Positions 1-9,206 of a DNA stretch of 64,000 nt are shown here, one piece after another. Source of the DNA: an uncultured delta proteobacterium (GTDB taxonomy: Bacteria; Desulfobacterota; Binatia; Binatales; Binataceae); assembly GCA_963842085.1 (NCBI GenBank), contig CAWJET010000001.1, forward strand, positions 768,001-832,000, given 5' to 3'. Each line of letters starts with the position of its first letter. Position 1 is the stretch's first letter. Both the position numbers and the translations under genes were made by a program. The notes beneath the pieces are model-generated. The model worked only from the letters and a program-made list of their open reading frames with translations, had not been told where the DNA came from and did not search any database.

Positions 1-1
1 T

Positions 2-181
2 CTGCAGATCCTGGGGAGACTGAAAACTGTCAGCCGGGACTTGGTGTGAACTCTTGCGCACAAATGTGCTCGGGTCGTACTCCACAATCGCATCGGGCTC
101 CTGCAATACCCAAAGCCTTTTGGCGGGTTGCGGATTGGCCAACAAGCTCACGCACAGAAGGGAAAGCACCAGCTTTGTCAT
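2..181 (-). CDS. Putative exported protein, 5' part only (runs off the window's left edge)
   Basis: Hand translation from ATG at 181: MTKLVLSLLCVSLLANPQPAKRLWVLQEPDAIVEYDPSTF..., open to the edge, with a signal-peptide-like N-terminus. Not in the ORF track. Confidence 0.45.
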   Translation of the reverse strand, partial: MTKLVLSLLCVSLLANPQPAKRLWVLQEPDAIVEYDPSTFVRKSSHQVPADSFQSPQDLQ

Positions 182-243
182 TGTCTGGAAAGAGTGCTGT
201 CGTGCTGTCTTCTGGACCCCGAATGCCCCTTTTGGACTCTCGC

Positions 244-1131
244 TTACTTTTGGCTCGATCCTTGCGCCTGAGTAGTCAGGAAGCTGGTTGATTCCTGGGT
301 CTCCAGCACTGGGCGGAAGCCGGTGCGGGCCAGATCGGGCCGCACTACCTCGATCGGATCTCGCGTATCGTCCACATAGCCGAGTGCGTATGCGCCCAGC
401 CTGTAGCCCATCAGTCTCAGCAGGTCGACCGGGAGTGTGCGCGCGATCTCGAGCGGTACTGACAGATACTGGTTCTCTTCCTGGCGCAGCCACGACACAT
501 TGTAAGTGATGTTGATTCCGGTGCGGATTTCTTTGGAGCGGTTCGCGCCGCCGCCGTGGTAGATGCTGCCGGTGTAAAACAGCACCGACCCTTTGGTCAT
601 CTCGGCCGGCTCGGTGTCGGCTTCGGTGAATCGGAGGCGATCGTCGAAACGATTGCTGCCGGGAATGACGCGGGTCGCGCCGTTTTCCGCGGTGAAGTCG
701 GTCATCGCCCAGATTGTATTGCACTGGACTTCGTAGCCGCGCGGGAACGGGAAGAAATCGAACGCCCACTGGTCGCGATGTATCGTCTGGGCCGGTTCGC
801 CGGGACCGATCGCGATTATCTGCGTGAGATGCAACTGAAAGCTAGTCGCATGACTCAGCAGTTTGCCGACCGCGCCGAGCACCGTAGGATTCATCACGAG
901 CTCGCGGCACTTTGGCGAACGCGCGATCAGTCCGCCGGTTCTGCGCGTGCGGCGGCCGCTGAAATCGTCGGGGCCAAACGGCGTGGCGTCAGTGAAGGGA
1001 CGCAGCTCTTGCGCAACTTCGTCCATGACTTCGGGGCGCACGACTCGATCGACGACGACGCATCCGTCCTCGCCCAGGGCGGCGCAGATCTCATCAGCCG
1101 AAGCCGAGGCCGGCAGATGTTTGATGCTCAT
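244..1131 (-). CDS. Phytanoyl-CoA dioxygenase (PhyH) family Fe(II)/2OG dioxygenase
   Basis: HRD iron motif (QTIHRDQ), NGATRVIPGS, distal His (IYHGGGAN), R..., WLRQEENQYL. Start taken at MSIKHLP. Confidence 0.9.
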   Translation of the reverse strand: MSIKHLPASASADEICAALGEDGCVVVDRVVRPEVMDEVAQELRPFTDATPFGPDDFSGRRTRRTGGLIARSPKCRELVMNPTVLGAVGKLLSHATSFQLHLTQIIAIGPGEPAQTIHRDQWAFDFFPFPRGYEVQCNTIWAMTDFTAENGATRVIPGSNRFDDRLRFTEADTEPAEMTKGSVLFYTGSIYHGGGANRSKEIRTGINITYNVSWLRQEENQYLSVPLEIARTLPVDLLRLMGYRLGAYALGYVDDTRDPIEVVRPDLARTGFRPVLETQESTSFLTTQAQGSSQK

Positions 1132-1180
1132 GAATTTTGCTCCACTGGAAATTCTACCAACCAACACCCATTGAATGCGA

Positions 1181-2035
1181 TCAGTCGTCGCGGCGCGGGC
1201 CGGCCTGCATGAAGGCGATCGCGACTCCGTCGAGCGGCTCGACGATTCGCGCGATCTGCCCGCCCTGAATCGCGAGCTTGGGCTCGGTCGCCTGCAGGCC
1301 ATTCGCGCGCGCCGTCGCGACTGCGCGGGCGACGTCCGAGCACATCAGCGCAAGGCCCCAACATCCGGGACGTCCGCGCGCCGGTCCCACGACTTCGAGC
1401 ACGGTCTGCTCGAGCTTGAAGAACGCCTGTCGCGCCCCGTTGCCAACTTCACGGATTCGCTTGCAGGGGACGCCGAGCGCCTCGTTGGCGGCGATCGCGT
1501 CGTCCAGCACCGGAGTCATCACGACGATGTGCTCGAGATACTCGACGCTGTTCGCGTTGGCGCCGCAAAGCTGTGCGAGCGACTGGCGGCGCGACTCGAT
1601 GTCGAGATTGACCGGAGCGGATGCAGTAACGACGCCCGGCAGTCCCGAAGAAAGCATCGCAGCTTTGATGGAGGGTTCCGACAACCCCGGCAGCAGAATC
1701 GATTCGCGCTCATCCGCGGCGGACGCACCCTTCGCACCCCAGACCCATCCGATGATGCCGCCGGCACCGCCATTCTCCATGGCTTCGCGCAAAGACGCAG
1801 CCAAGGGCGACCTGGATTCGGCAGAATGGATCGCGCAGAGATCTATTTCCACCGCGCCTGCTGCCAGCCGAGCGAAACGGACACCGTCGCCGTCGAAATC
1901 CTCGGGCGCGATGGCGAACCCGGCGCGTCGCCAGTTTTGGAGCGACGCAGGCAACTCGCGCACGGCGATGATGACTCTTTCGACGCAAAGTATGCCCACT
2001 TTCTGTAACCTTTCGCCGAGGGTATCGTCACACAC
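1181..2035 (-). CDS. VOC/glyoxalase-like family protein (two VOC-like halves)
   Basis: ERVIIAV and LEHIVVM strand motifs, QAFFKL..VLEVV. Start uncertain. Confidence 0.7.
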   Translation of the reverse strand: MCDDTLGERLQKVGILCVERVIIAVRELPASLQNWRRAGFAIAPEDFDGDGVRFARLAAGAVEIDLCAIHSAESRSPLAASLREAMENGGAGGIIGWVWGAKGASAADERESILLPGLSEPSIKAAMLSSGLPGVVTASAPVNLDIESRRQSLAQLCGANANSVEYLEHIVVMTPVLDDAIAANEALGVPCKRIREVGNGARQAFFKLEQTVLEVVGPARGRPGCWGLALMCSDVARAVATARANGLQATEPKLAIQGGQIARIVEPLDGVAIAFMQAGPRRDD

Positions 2036-2194
2036 TCCCGGATGCCAGAAGCCGAATTACGCTTGGCTATACGTGCAAGGCGCTTTATTTGTGTCATCCT
2101 AGCCGCGATAATCGACGTTCAAACGTCTATACTCATGTCGTAACAGGCTGTAGTATTCTATGACCATTATGAAGCGGCTGAAAAGGGGAACTCG

Positions 2195-3475
2195 ATGACG
2201 ATCTCGTGGGAGGCGTTTCAGCAGGAGGCGCTTGACTGCTTGCGCGCGCTGGTCAGATTCGACACCACCAACCCGCCCGGCAACGAACGAATCGCCGCCG
2301 ATTACATGGCCGACGCGCTGGGCGCTCACGGCATCGAATCCGTAATCCGAGAAGGCGCTCCGACGCGGGCCAACCTGGTCGCGCGCTATGTGGGCACGGA
2401 TTCATCGGCGGGCGCGCTGCTGCTCTCGTCGCATACCGACGTAGTTCCGGTCGAGCGGTCGGGATGGACGCGCGAGCCGTTCAGCGGCGAGATCGCCGAA
2501 GGCTGCTTATGGGGTCGCGGCTCGATCGACATGAAATCGAAATGCGCGATGGACCTCGTGATGATGACCGCGATGAAGCGGGCGGGGGCGAAGCCGAATC
2601 GCGACGTGATACTGGCGGCAGTCGCGGACGAAGAGGCCGGCTCGGATTTTGGCGCGAAATTTCTGGTCGAGCGGCATCCCGAGCTGGTCCGCGCGGGCTA
2701 CGTGTTGAACGAAGTCGGCGGCTTCACCGTTCATCTCAAGAACAAGCGCTTCTACCCGATCCAGGTGGCGGAGAAGGGTTTCGTCACGATCAAGATGAAG
2801 GTCACCGCGATGCCGGGGCATGGATCGATGCCGCGCACCGACACTGCGATCTCCAGAATTTCTGAGTTGATCACCAGGATCGTGCGGACGCCGATGCGCA
2901 AGAACGTCTCACCCTTCATGCGCAAGACGCTGGAGGAGATGGGCGTGCCGGTCGAATCGCCCGGACCGCTATTTGCGCCGATGCTCTCCAACACCGTCTC
3001 GCCGACGATTCTGCGCGCCGGCTACAAGGACAACGTGATTCCCGGTGAGGCGACGATCGTGCTGGACGGGCGCACGCTGCCCGGCGAGGATCCCGAGAGC
3101 ATCATGGCCGAACTGCGCCAGATCGTCGGTCCCGAGCCGACCTTCGAGTTGCTCAAGACCGCGCCGCCGGCCGAGACCAGTCCCGACACGCCGTTGTTCG
3201 AGTTGATCAAGCAGACCGTCGAGGCGGCCGACCCCGGCGCGCGCGCGATTCCCTGGATGATCCCCGGCGCGACCGACAGCAAGTTCTATTCAAAGCTCGG
3301 CGCCGCGTGTTACGGATTCTCGCCGGTCAAGCTCGAACCGCACATGCCGTTCGGCTCGCTCTATCACGGCAACGACGAGCGCTTGCCGGTCGAGGGATTT
3401 TACTGGGGATTGAAGGTTTACGCCGAAGTGGTGCTGAAATTCCTCGGCATCAGGTTCGACGAAGTATTCGGATGA
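2195..3475 (+). CDS. M20/M25/M40 family metallo-hydrolase (peptidase/deacylase)
   Basis: SHTDVVP, GRGSIDMK, DEEAG, GHGS, GATDS and YHGNDER metal-binding motifs. Confidence 0.92.
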   Translation: MTISWEAFQQEALDCLRALVRFDTTNPPGNERIAADYMADALGAHGIESVIREGAPTRANLVARYVGTDSSAGALLLSSHTDVVPVERSGWTREPFSGEIAEGCLWGRGSIDMKSKCAMDLVMMTAMKRAGAKPNRDVILAAVADEEAGSDFGAKFLVERHPELVRAGYVLNEVGGFTVHLKNKRFYPIQVAEKGFVTIKMKVTAMPGHGSMPRTDTAISRISELITRIVRTPMRKNVSPFMRKTLEEMGVPVESPGPLFAPMLSNTVSPTILRAGYKDNVIPGEATIVLDGRTLPGEDPESIMAELRQIVGPEPTFELLKTAPPAETSPDTPLFELIKQTVEAADPGARAIPWMIPGATDSKFYSKLGAACYGFSPVKLEPHMPFGSLYHGNDERLPVEGFYWGLKVYAEVVLKFLGIRFDEVFG

Positions 3476-5080
3476 TCAGTTGGCGGCGCTGGTTTTGAGC
3501 GTTCCGGTCTGCGGCGTAAAGGTCATCAGCAGGCGCGGCGGCCCCTCGAGCGGCACCACGGCAAAATGCGCGACCGGTTGCATGCTCAAAGTGACGGTCG
3601 TTCCCGCCGAGCTGCTTGAAACGTTGCAATCCTTGAAGATCGACTTGTCGAACACGAGATGAGTCTGCAGACCGGGGTCGGGGGTCACGTCCTTGAGCAC
3701 GACCGTCGCGGTCGAGCCGTCGGAATTGCTCTCAAGGTTTTTGTCGAAGCGGACGGGGCCGCTGAGCTCGAGAATCACCGACAGCGGCGGATCGTTCGAT
3801 GACAGCCTGATCGTCTTGAGCGTCGCCGGGCCAGCCGTGGGCGGCTCGCTCAGGGACAACGGCGCAGCCGCATCCGCGCCCGCATTCATCTGATGCAGCG
3901 TCGGTTCCGGCGCAGACACCTGCGCTTCGGTGCCGGAATTCATCTGATGCAGCGCCGGCTCCGGTGCAGACGCCGGCGCTTCCGCAGGCGCCGCGGCGGC
4001 CAGATCGGTCATCGCACGCGCCTGCGCGTCAGCGGCGCCCGCGATGCTGCCGGTGGGCTTGGGCAATATCGGAGCGGGCGCACGCATCATATCAGGCCCG
4101 CCGGGCTTTCGGCTGGGCAGATCGGGCTGCGACGGATCGGGCGCGTGCGACGCCGCCGATGCGTCGAGGATCGGCAGTCCGTCGGGTCCATACGCCGACG
4201 AGCCGGCGGCGGACGCCACCTCGGTACCGCGCAGGTCGGAGCGCTGGCGCACTACTACTTTGTCCGCGTTCGAATCATTCGGATTTCCGCCGTAGCCGGT
4301 TTCCGCGAGCACCAGTGGAAGCGGATCTTCCTCGGTGTCGATCGGCTGGTGGAGCCTGGCCAGCTCGGTTTTGGCTCTTTTCGCGTAGATGGTGGTCGGA
4401 AAATGCTTTTCGACGGCGGCGAACGCCTGAGCTGCCGAGTAGCGCTTGCCTTCCTTCTCCAGCGAGACTCCGAGCTCGAACAAGGCGTCAGGGGCGACGG
4501 GAGTCTCGGGATATTTCTGCAGCAATTCGGCGAAGCGCGACTCCGCCGCGCGAAAGTTCGCGCGCTTGTAATAATAGTTGCCGACGATCATCTGGTTGCG
4601 TGCGAGCATCTCGCGGCATACCAGGATCTTGTCGTGCGCCAGCTCGGCGAAGTCGCCTTCCGGAAAGCGCTGTTCCAATTCCTGAAAGCGCTTGAGCGCC
4701 GCCTCGGTCTTGCCCTGGTCCTGGTCCTCGCGCCCCATCTGATCGTAGTAGCTCAGCCCGATGTAGTAGCTAACGAGCTCGAGGTTTTCGCTGGTCGGAT
4801 GCATCCGCTCAAAGTCGTCGAGCGCGCCGATCGCTTCGGCGTAGTCCTTTTGCTGGTAGTAGGCGAGGCCGATCTTCATCTCGGCGTCTTCGGCGTAGGG
4901 GCTGAACGGGTACTTGTCGATCACCAGCTGATAATTTTCGATGGCGGCCTTGTACTCTTTGGTCGCAAAATCAAGTTGACCTTGCGCGTAGTAGTCTTCG
5001 CCGGTGGGCTTCTGGCGCAGACTGCAGGCAGCCGCAGGCAGCAACGCAAAAGCCACCGCTATCAACAGCAAGCGTTTCAT
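3476..5080 (-). CDS. bamD: Outer membrane protein assembly factor BamD (TPR lipoprotein) with Pro/Ala linker and C-terminal AMIN-like domain
   Basis: Lipobox LPAAAC; BamD signatures YPFSPYA, F.RMHP.S, REDQDQ..T..A...F, LARNQM.VG.YY. The C-terminus ends ...VPLEGPPRLLMTF, like AMIN 'L..P.RLV.D'. Confidence 0.88.
   Translation of the reverse strand: MKRLLLIAVAFALLPAAACSLRQKPTGEDYYAQGQLDFATKEYKAAIENYQLVIDKYPFSPYAEDAEMKIGLAYYQQKDYAEAIGALDDFERMHPTSENLELVSYYIGLSYYDQMGREDQDQGKTEAALKRFQELEQRFPEGDFAELAHDKILVCREMLARNQMIVGNYYYKRANFRAAESRFAELLQKYPETPVAPDALFELGVSLEKEGKRYSAAQAFAAVEKHFPTTIYAKRAKTELARLHQPIDTEEDPLPLVLAETGYGGNPNDSNADKVVVRQRSDLRGTEVASAAGSSAYGPDGLPILDASAASHAPDPSQPDLPSRKPGGPDMMRAPAPILPKPTGSIAGAADAQARAMTDLAAAAPAEAPASAPEPALHQMNSGTEAQVSAPEPTLHQMNAGADAAAPLSLSEPPTAGPATLKTIRLSSNDPPLSVILELSGPVRFDKNLESNSDGSTATVVLKDVTPDPGLQTHLVFDKSIFKDCNVSSSSAGTTVTLSMQPVAHFAVVPLEGPPRLLMTFTPQTGTLKTSAAN
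3884..3974. repeat. Intragenic direct repeat in the bamD linker (about 37-nt units, 54-nt period)
   Basis: ATTCATCTGATGCAGCG(T/C)CGG(T/C)TCCGG(C/T)GCAGAC(A/G)CC at 3884 and 3938, encoding SAPEP(A/T)LHQMN twice. Confidence 0.8.
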
Positions 5081-5173
5081 CGAAGAGTCGCGAAAAGGTT
5101 AAACAACGCTGTCGGGCATTGCAATCCGCGCGCGATCCCCGGATTCGGGGCATAGCGGCAATAAGCGGCGGAT

Positions 5174-5827
5174 TCAGGGATTTTTGGACTCGCGCGGCCT
5201 GCGGAATGAGGCCGAAAAAACCGCCTTGCCCGCCGCGACGTACTTGCGTGCGAACCCGGTCCGCTCCGCACCGGGCGCGGCCTCGACTGCGCGGACGAAC
5301 CCCGCGGTCTCCAGCATCGGGAAAATCTCGGCCGCATAATTGCGCACGTCGGTCGCGACGTAGGCGGTCGCCCCGGGCTCGACGGTGCGAAACAGGCTCG
5401 CGGCGAGCGTCGGCGTGAACAGCCGATGTTTGATGTGCCGCTCCTTGGGCCACGGGTCCGGATAGTAGATGTGGTACGCGCTGACACTCGCGTCCGGCAG
5501 CATCAGGTTGACCAGGGTGCGCGCGTCCATCCGCACGACGCGGAGATTGTCGAGTCCCGCGCGGCCGCATCGCACGGCCAGCACGCGCGTAATCGTCGCG
5601 GAGAGTTCGACCGCGATAAAGTCGCGCGCGGGAAACTCGGCTGCGCGCTCGATAATGAATTCGCCCTTGCCCGCGCCGATCTCGATTTCGATGGGCGCGC
5701 GGCGGCCGAACATCGCCTGCGGATCGATCGTGAAAACGCCGTCGTCGGGCGTGAACAGCACGCGCTCGCCAATTTCGCGCGCCTTGGGATTTCCCCAGAT
5801 TCGCGCCGCTTTTCGAAGTCTCGCCAT
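5174..5827 (-). CDS. trmB: tRNA (guanine-N7)-methyltransferase
   Basis: EIGAGKG SAM motif, YPDPWPKERHIKHR, ATD and T.F.RK motifs. Confidence 0.92.
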   Translation of the reverse strand: MARLRKAARIWGNPKAREIGERVLFTPDDGVFTIDPQAMFGRRAPIEIEIGAGKGEFIIERAAEFPARDFIAVELSATITRVLAVRCGRAGLDNLRVVRMDARTLVNLMLPDASVSAYHIYYPDPWPKERHIKHRLFTPTLAASLFRTVEPGATAYVATDVRNYAAEIFPMLETAGFVRAVEAAPGAERTGFARKYVAAGKAVFSASFRRPRESKNP

Positions 5828-5884
5828 GAATCCATGACGATACCGCTCGCCACCGTATCCTCGCTACAGTCGGAGCCGCGCACA

Positions 5885-5929
5885 CCTAACCCCTAACCTC
5901 TTCTCCAAATGGAAACGGGACCGGAGAGG
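5885..5929. repeat. Degenerate REP-like palindromic element (CCTAACCCC..TCCC..GGGA family)
   Basis: CCTAACCCCTAACCTCTTCTCC...GGAAACGGGA, similar to copies at 35216, 40226 and 42551. Confidence 0.45.
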
Positions 5930-5943
5930 AAAAAAGACCTTAC

Positions 5944-7389
5944 TCAATCGGGGCGCTTGAGAAACGCGCGCACGCGATCGATTAGCGGCTTCAGGTCGGT
6001 GTTGTCGACCAGCGCACTCGCCATCCTGACCGGATCGCCGAAAAAGAATCGCTCATAAAGAACTTGCCGGCCGCCGAAGGCGCTGCACGCAACGTCCCAC
6101 GCGAGCCGATAAAGCGCGACCCGGTCTTTTGCGGGCGCGTCCGCCGCACCGAAGTAGCGCTCGATATCCGGCAGCTCGGCGGGATTTGCAAAGTCGCTTG
6201 ACGATGGTGTCGCCATCAGCGAGCTCGAGCTGTTGAGCTGGATAATCTCGACCAGGCCCGGATACAGCCGCGGAAAGAGATTCCGCGCGGTGTCGAGCGG
6301 CGCTCGCGCCGGCGTAAACACGCCCCACTTGTCGGGCGCGGCGTCAGCTTCGGCAGCGCGCAGGCACGCGCGCATCGTCTCGGTGGTCATGATCATCTCG
6401 GCCAGCCGCTCGCGTACGTGCTGCAACGGCATCGCGTCGCTGGCCTCGGCGATTCGCGCCGCCAGCCCGAGCAGGAACTCGCTCTTCGCGACATTTTTCA
6501 CGACCACCTGGTGCATCATGTGCACGACCGCGCCGGTGCCCGCATACAGCGCGTTGCATCGCGCGACGTCGCCGCACAAAAACACGCGCTCCCACGGGAC
6601 CAGCACGTTGTCGAACACGACCACCGCATCCATTTCGTCAAAGCGCGACGCGAGCGGGTGGTCGAAGCGCGAACGGCCCACGTCGTAAGTGTCGCGGCAC
6701 AGGAACTTGAGGCCCTTGGCGTTGCAGTGGATGGCGAACGACAGCGCGAATGGTTCCGCCGCCGGCTCGGCCTTCAGCACCGTCGAGGGAAACACGAGCA
6801 GCTCCTCCGAGAGCGGCGCCAGCGTCGCCAGCATTCGGCAGCCGCTCACGACAATGCCGTCCTTGGTCTTCTCGACGAGCTTGAGCGCGAGGTCCGCGTC
6901 GGTATGTCCGGCCCAGCCCGCGGCGCGGCTCGCGCGCGGATTGACGAGGGTATGCGTCGCGCACCAATCGTGATGGCGCGCCTGGATATAGTAGTTCCAG
7001 ATGTTGTCGCCGTGGCGCGGATCGCTCTCGGCGAAAAAGTCGCGCGCTGCCGCCATCGCCGCGAGACTCACGTTGAGGTAATCCGGCGTGCGCCCGAGCA
7101 TCCCGCAGCTGAAGTCGGCCCACGTCTTCATCATGCGCGTGCGCTTGCGCAGGTCGTCGGCGCTTTTGGGGATGATGAACGACATCCCCGCGCGACCGCC
7201 GTCGTCAGTGCGAAACGTCATCGTCTCCGGATGCTCCATCTGCATGTCGTAGAGCGACGCGACCGAGCGCGCGCAATTCGCAAACGCGGGATGAGCGGTG
7301 ACGTCGCCGGCGCGCGCGCCGCCGATCCAGATCTCGGCGCCGAGCTTTTTCAACGACGACAGGTAATTGTTGCCCGAGCGCGCGCCCAT
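5944..7389 (-). CDS. hpaB: 4-hydroxyphenylacetate 3-monooxygenase, oxygenase component
   Basis: GMLGRTPDYLN, THTLVNP, HPLASRFDEMDA.VVFDNVLVPWERVF, GGRQVLYERFFFGDP. Start MGARSG at 7389. Confidence 0.92.
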   Translation of the reverse strand: MGARSGNNYLSSLKKLGAEIWIGGARAGDVTAHPAFANCARSVASLYDMQMEHPETMTFRTDDGGRAGMSFIIPKSADDLRKRTRMMKTWADFSCGMLGRTPDYLNVSLAAMAAARDFFAESDPRHGDNIWNYYIQARHHDWCATHTLVNPRASRAAGWAGHTDADLALKLVEKTKDGIVVSGCRMLATLAPLSEELLVFPSTVLKAEPAAEPFALSFAIHCNAKGLKFLCRDTYDVGRSRFDHPLASRFDEMDAVVVFDNVLVPWERVFLCGDVARCNALYAGTGAVVHMMHQVVVKNVAKSEFLLGLAARIAEASDAMPLQHVRERLAEMIMTTETMRACLRAAEADAAPDKWGVFTPARAPLDTARNLFPRLYPGLVEIIQLNSSSSLMATPSSSDFANPAELPDIERYFGAADAPAKDRVALYRLAWDVACSAFGGRQVLYERFFFGDPVRMASALVDNTDLKPLIDRVRAFLKRPD

Positions 7390-7390
7390 T

Positions 7391-8284
7391 TCAGATGACC
7401 TCGTTGAGCAGCGGCAGGCGCTTGCGGATTCGTTCAGCGGCGTCGGCCGGCGCCATGTACGGCGGCCGCGCCGGGCCCATCTCGATTCCGGTCGCGACCG
7501 AGGCGGTGACCTTGGTGGTGCCGAGATGGCCAAGCGTTTCCTCGCCGCCGCGCGGGAAGCATCGATTCAGCCGGCGCTGAATTTCCTCGGCGCGCCGGTA
7601 ATCGCCCGCCTGGTACGCCTTGAGCAGGGCGACCGCGGCGGGCACCGCGAAAATATTGATGAAGCCGCCGGCCGCGCCGAGCATCAGCCCCGCCAGCATC
7701 GCGCGAAACGTATTATAGATGTCCGCGCGGCCGCCGACTTCGTCGTACAGCGCCTCGAGATGCTGCAAATCGGTCAGCACTTCCTTGAACGCCACGACGC
7801 CGGGAATCGTCGCCAGCTTGCCGGCAAACTTCGGCGTGATGTTGAACTTGCTGAGCGCGGGGTTGTGGTAGATGACGACGGGCAGGTCGCCCGCGTCGGT
7901 AATCATGCGGTAGTGTCGCTCGACTTCGGCTTCGCCGCATCGCCAGTAGTACGGCGGGATCACCTGTTGTGCGTCGTAACCCATGCGCGCCGCGATTTTC
8001 GCGTAGCGCAGAGTTTCGAGGGTAGTCGCGCCCGAGGTCATCGCAACCGCGGCGAGGCCGGCCCGTTTGCGGGTCTCTTCGATCACGATTTCGAACACGC
8101 GCGTGCGCTCGGCTTCATCCATATGCAGAAATTCGCCGATGCTCGGCGCGGCGACGACGCCATGCGCGCCCGCGGCAATCGCCCACTGAACTTCGCGCCG
8201 CAGCGCATCTTCGTTGAGCTGGCAGTCGTTTTCGTTGTGAAACGGCGTCACCAGCATCGCCAAAACTCCATGTGCAAGTTTCAA
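7391..8284 (-). CDS. Dihydrodipicolinate synthase family (class I) aldolase, probably HpaI-like in this context
   Basis: LVTPF, SIGEF..M...ER, IPPYY, IYHNP, Schiff-base Lys in AFKE. TTG start at 8284 follows GGAGG. Confidence 0.8.
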   Translation of the reverse strand: MKLAHGVLAMLVTPFHNENDCQLNEDALRREVQWAIAAGAHGVVAAPSIGEFLHMDEAERTRVFEIVIEETRKRAGLAAVAMTSGATTLETLRYAKIAARMGYDAQQVIPPYYWRCGEAEVERHYRMITDAGDLPVVIYHNPALSKFNITPKFAGKLATIPGVVAFKEVLTDLQHLEALYDEVGGRADIYNTFRAMLAGLMLGAAGGFINIFAVPAAVALLKAYQAGDYRRAEEIQRRLNRCFPRGGEETLGHLGTTKVTASVATGIEMGPARPPYMAPADAAERIRKRLPLLNEVI

Positions 8285-8309
8285 ACGCGCACCTCCGGCT
8301 TGAGTCGCG

Positions 8310-9206
8310 CTAGGCTGCCTCGCGCTCGGCTCCATTGAAAGACGATTGAAAGAAAAAGATCGCCTGGCCGGTTCCGATCGCGGCTTCGTATTTTCCAAAC
8401 TGCTCGCCGCGCCAGGTCCATGCGTCGCCACCCATCGCACCCGCCATCGTGATGTAATGCGAGAAGCGGCCCTCGGGCGAGCAGTGTGCGCGGTAGTCGT
8501 CGGCAGCGGCGAGGACGGCGTCATGCCGCCCGGCCTTGAACCATTCCATGATTCGTTCGTCGTACAGGCGATTGGCGGTTGACGCGATGTCGTCGGGCGA
8601 CGCCGATGCGCGGTCGAGTATTCGGTCGTAATCCCAGAACTTGTGCGACACCCCGCCCGACGCCACGATCACGACCCGCCGATTCGATTTCCAGATAGCT
8701 TGTCCGATGGCTGCGCCGTACGCCAAATCGTTTTTGACCGACGCGGTTTGACACACGCTCACCGGGAGCACACGGCGGCGCGCCTCGTGATTGAAGTAGT
8801 GCATGACGTTGAGCGTTGGATAGTGTATCGGCAAGTTGGTATGCGCCGATGCAATCGCGCGAATCCCGCGCTCCCGTGCCTCTTTCTCGACTCCGCGCGC
8901 AAGCTCGGGGTCGCCCCGATAATCATAGTCCAGGTCATGCAGCATCGCCGGCAGCTCTTCCGATGTATACACACCCGACAGGCGCTCGTGAGCATTGAGC
9001 AAGTACTCCAAAGTAGAAAACCAGTGAGTATCGATTAGCAAGAAGGTATCGAAGTCGAGATGGCGCAGTCGCTCGCGCTCGAGCTTCGGCATCGCGTCGT
9101 AAAAAGTCGTGACGCTGCGCCCCATGTATGCGCGGCGCGCCATCGGATCGGCAATCATCAGCCGCGGAACGTGCGTGGTGAACACGGTCGCGACTACCTT
9201 ACCCAT
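8310..9206 (-). CDS. hpaD: 3,4-dihydroxyphenylacetate 2,3-dioxygenase (LigB-type extradiol dioxygenase)
   Basis: THVP, DTHW, G.YTSEELP, YDY.GDPELA, ASGGVSH.FW; lies in the hpa cluster. Confidence 0.85.
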   Translation of the reverse strand: MGKVVATVFTTHVPRLMIADPMARRAYMGRSVTTFYDAMPKLERERLRHLDFDTFLLIDTHWFSTLEYLLNAHERLSGVYTSEELPAMLHDLDYDYRGDPELARGVEKEARERGIRAIASAHTNLPIHYPTLNVMHYFNHEARRRVLPVSVCQTASVKNDLAYGAAIGQAIWKSNRRVVIVASGGVSHKFWDYDRILDRASASPDDIASTANRLYDERIMEWFKAGRHDAVLAAADDYRAHCSPEGRFSHYITMAGAMGGDAWTWRGEQFGKYEAAIGTGQAIFFFQSSFNGAEREAA

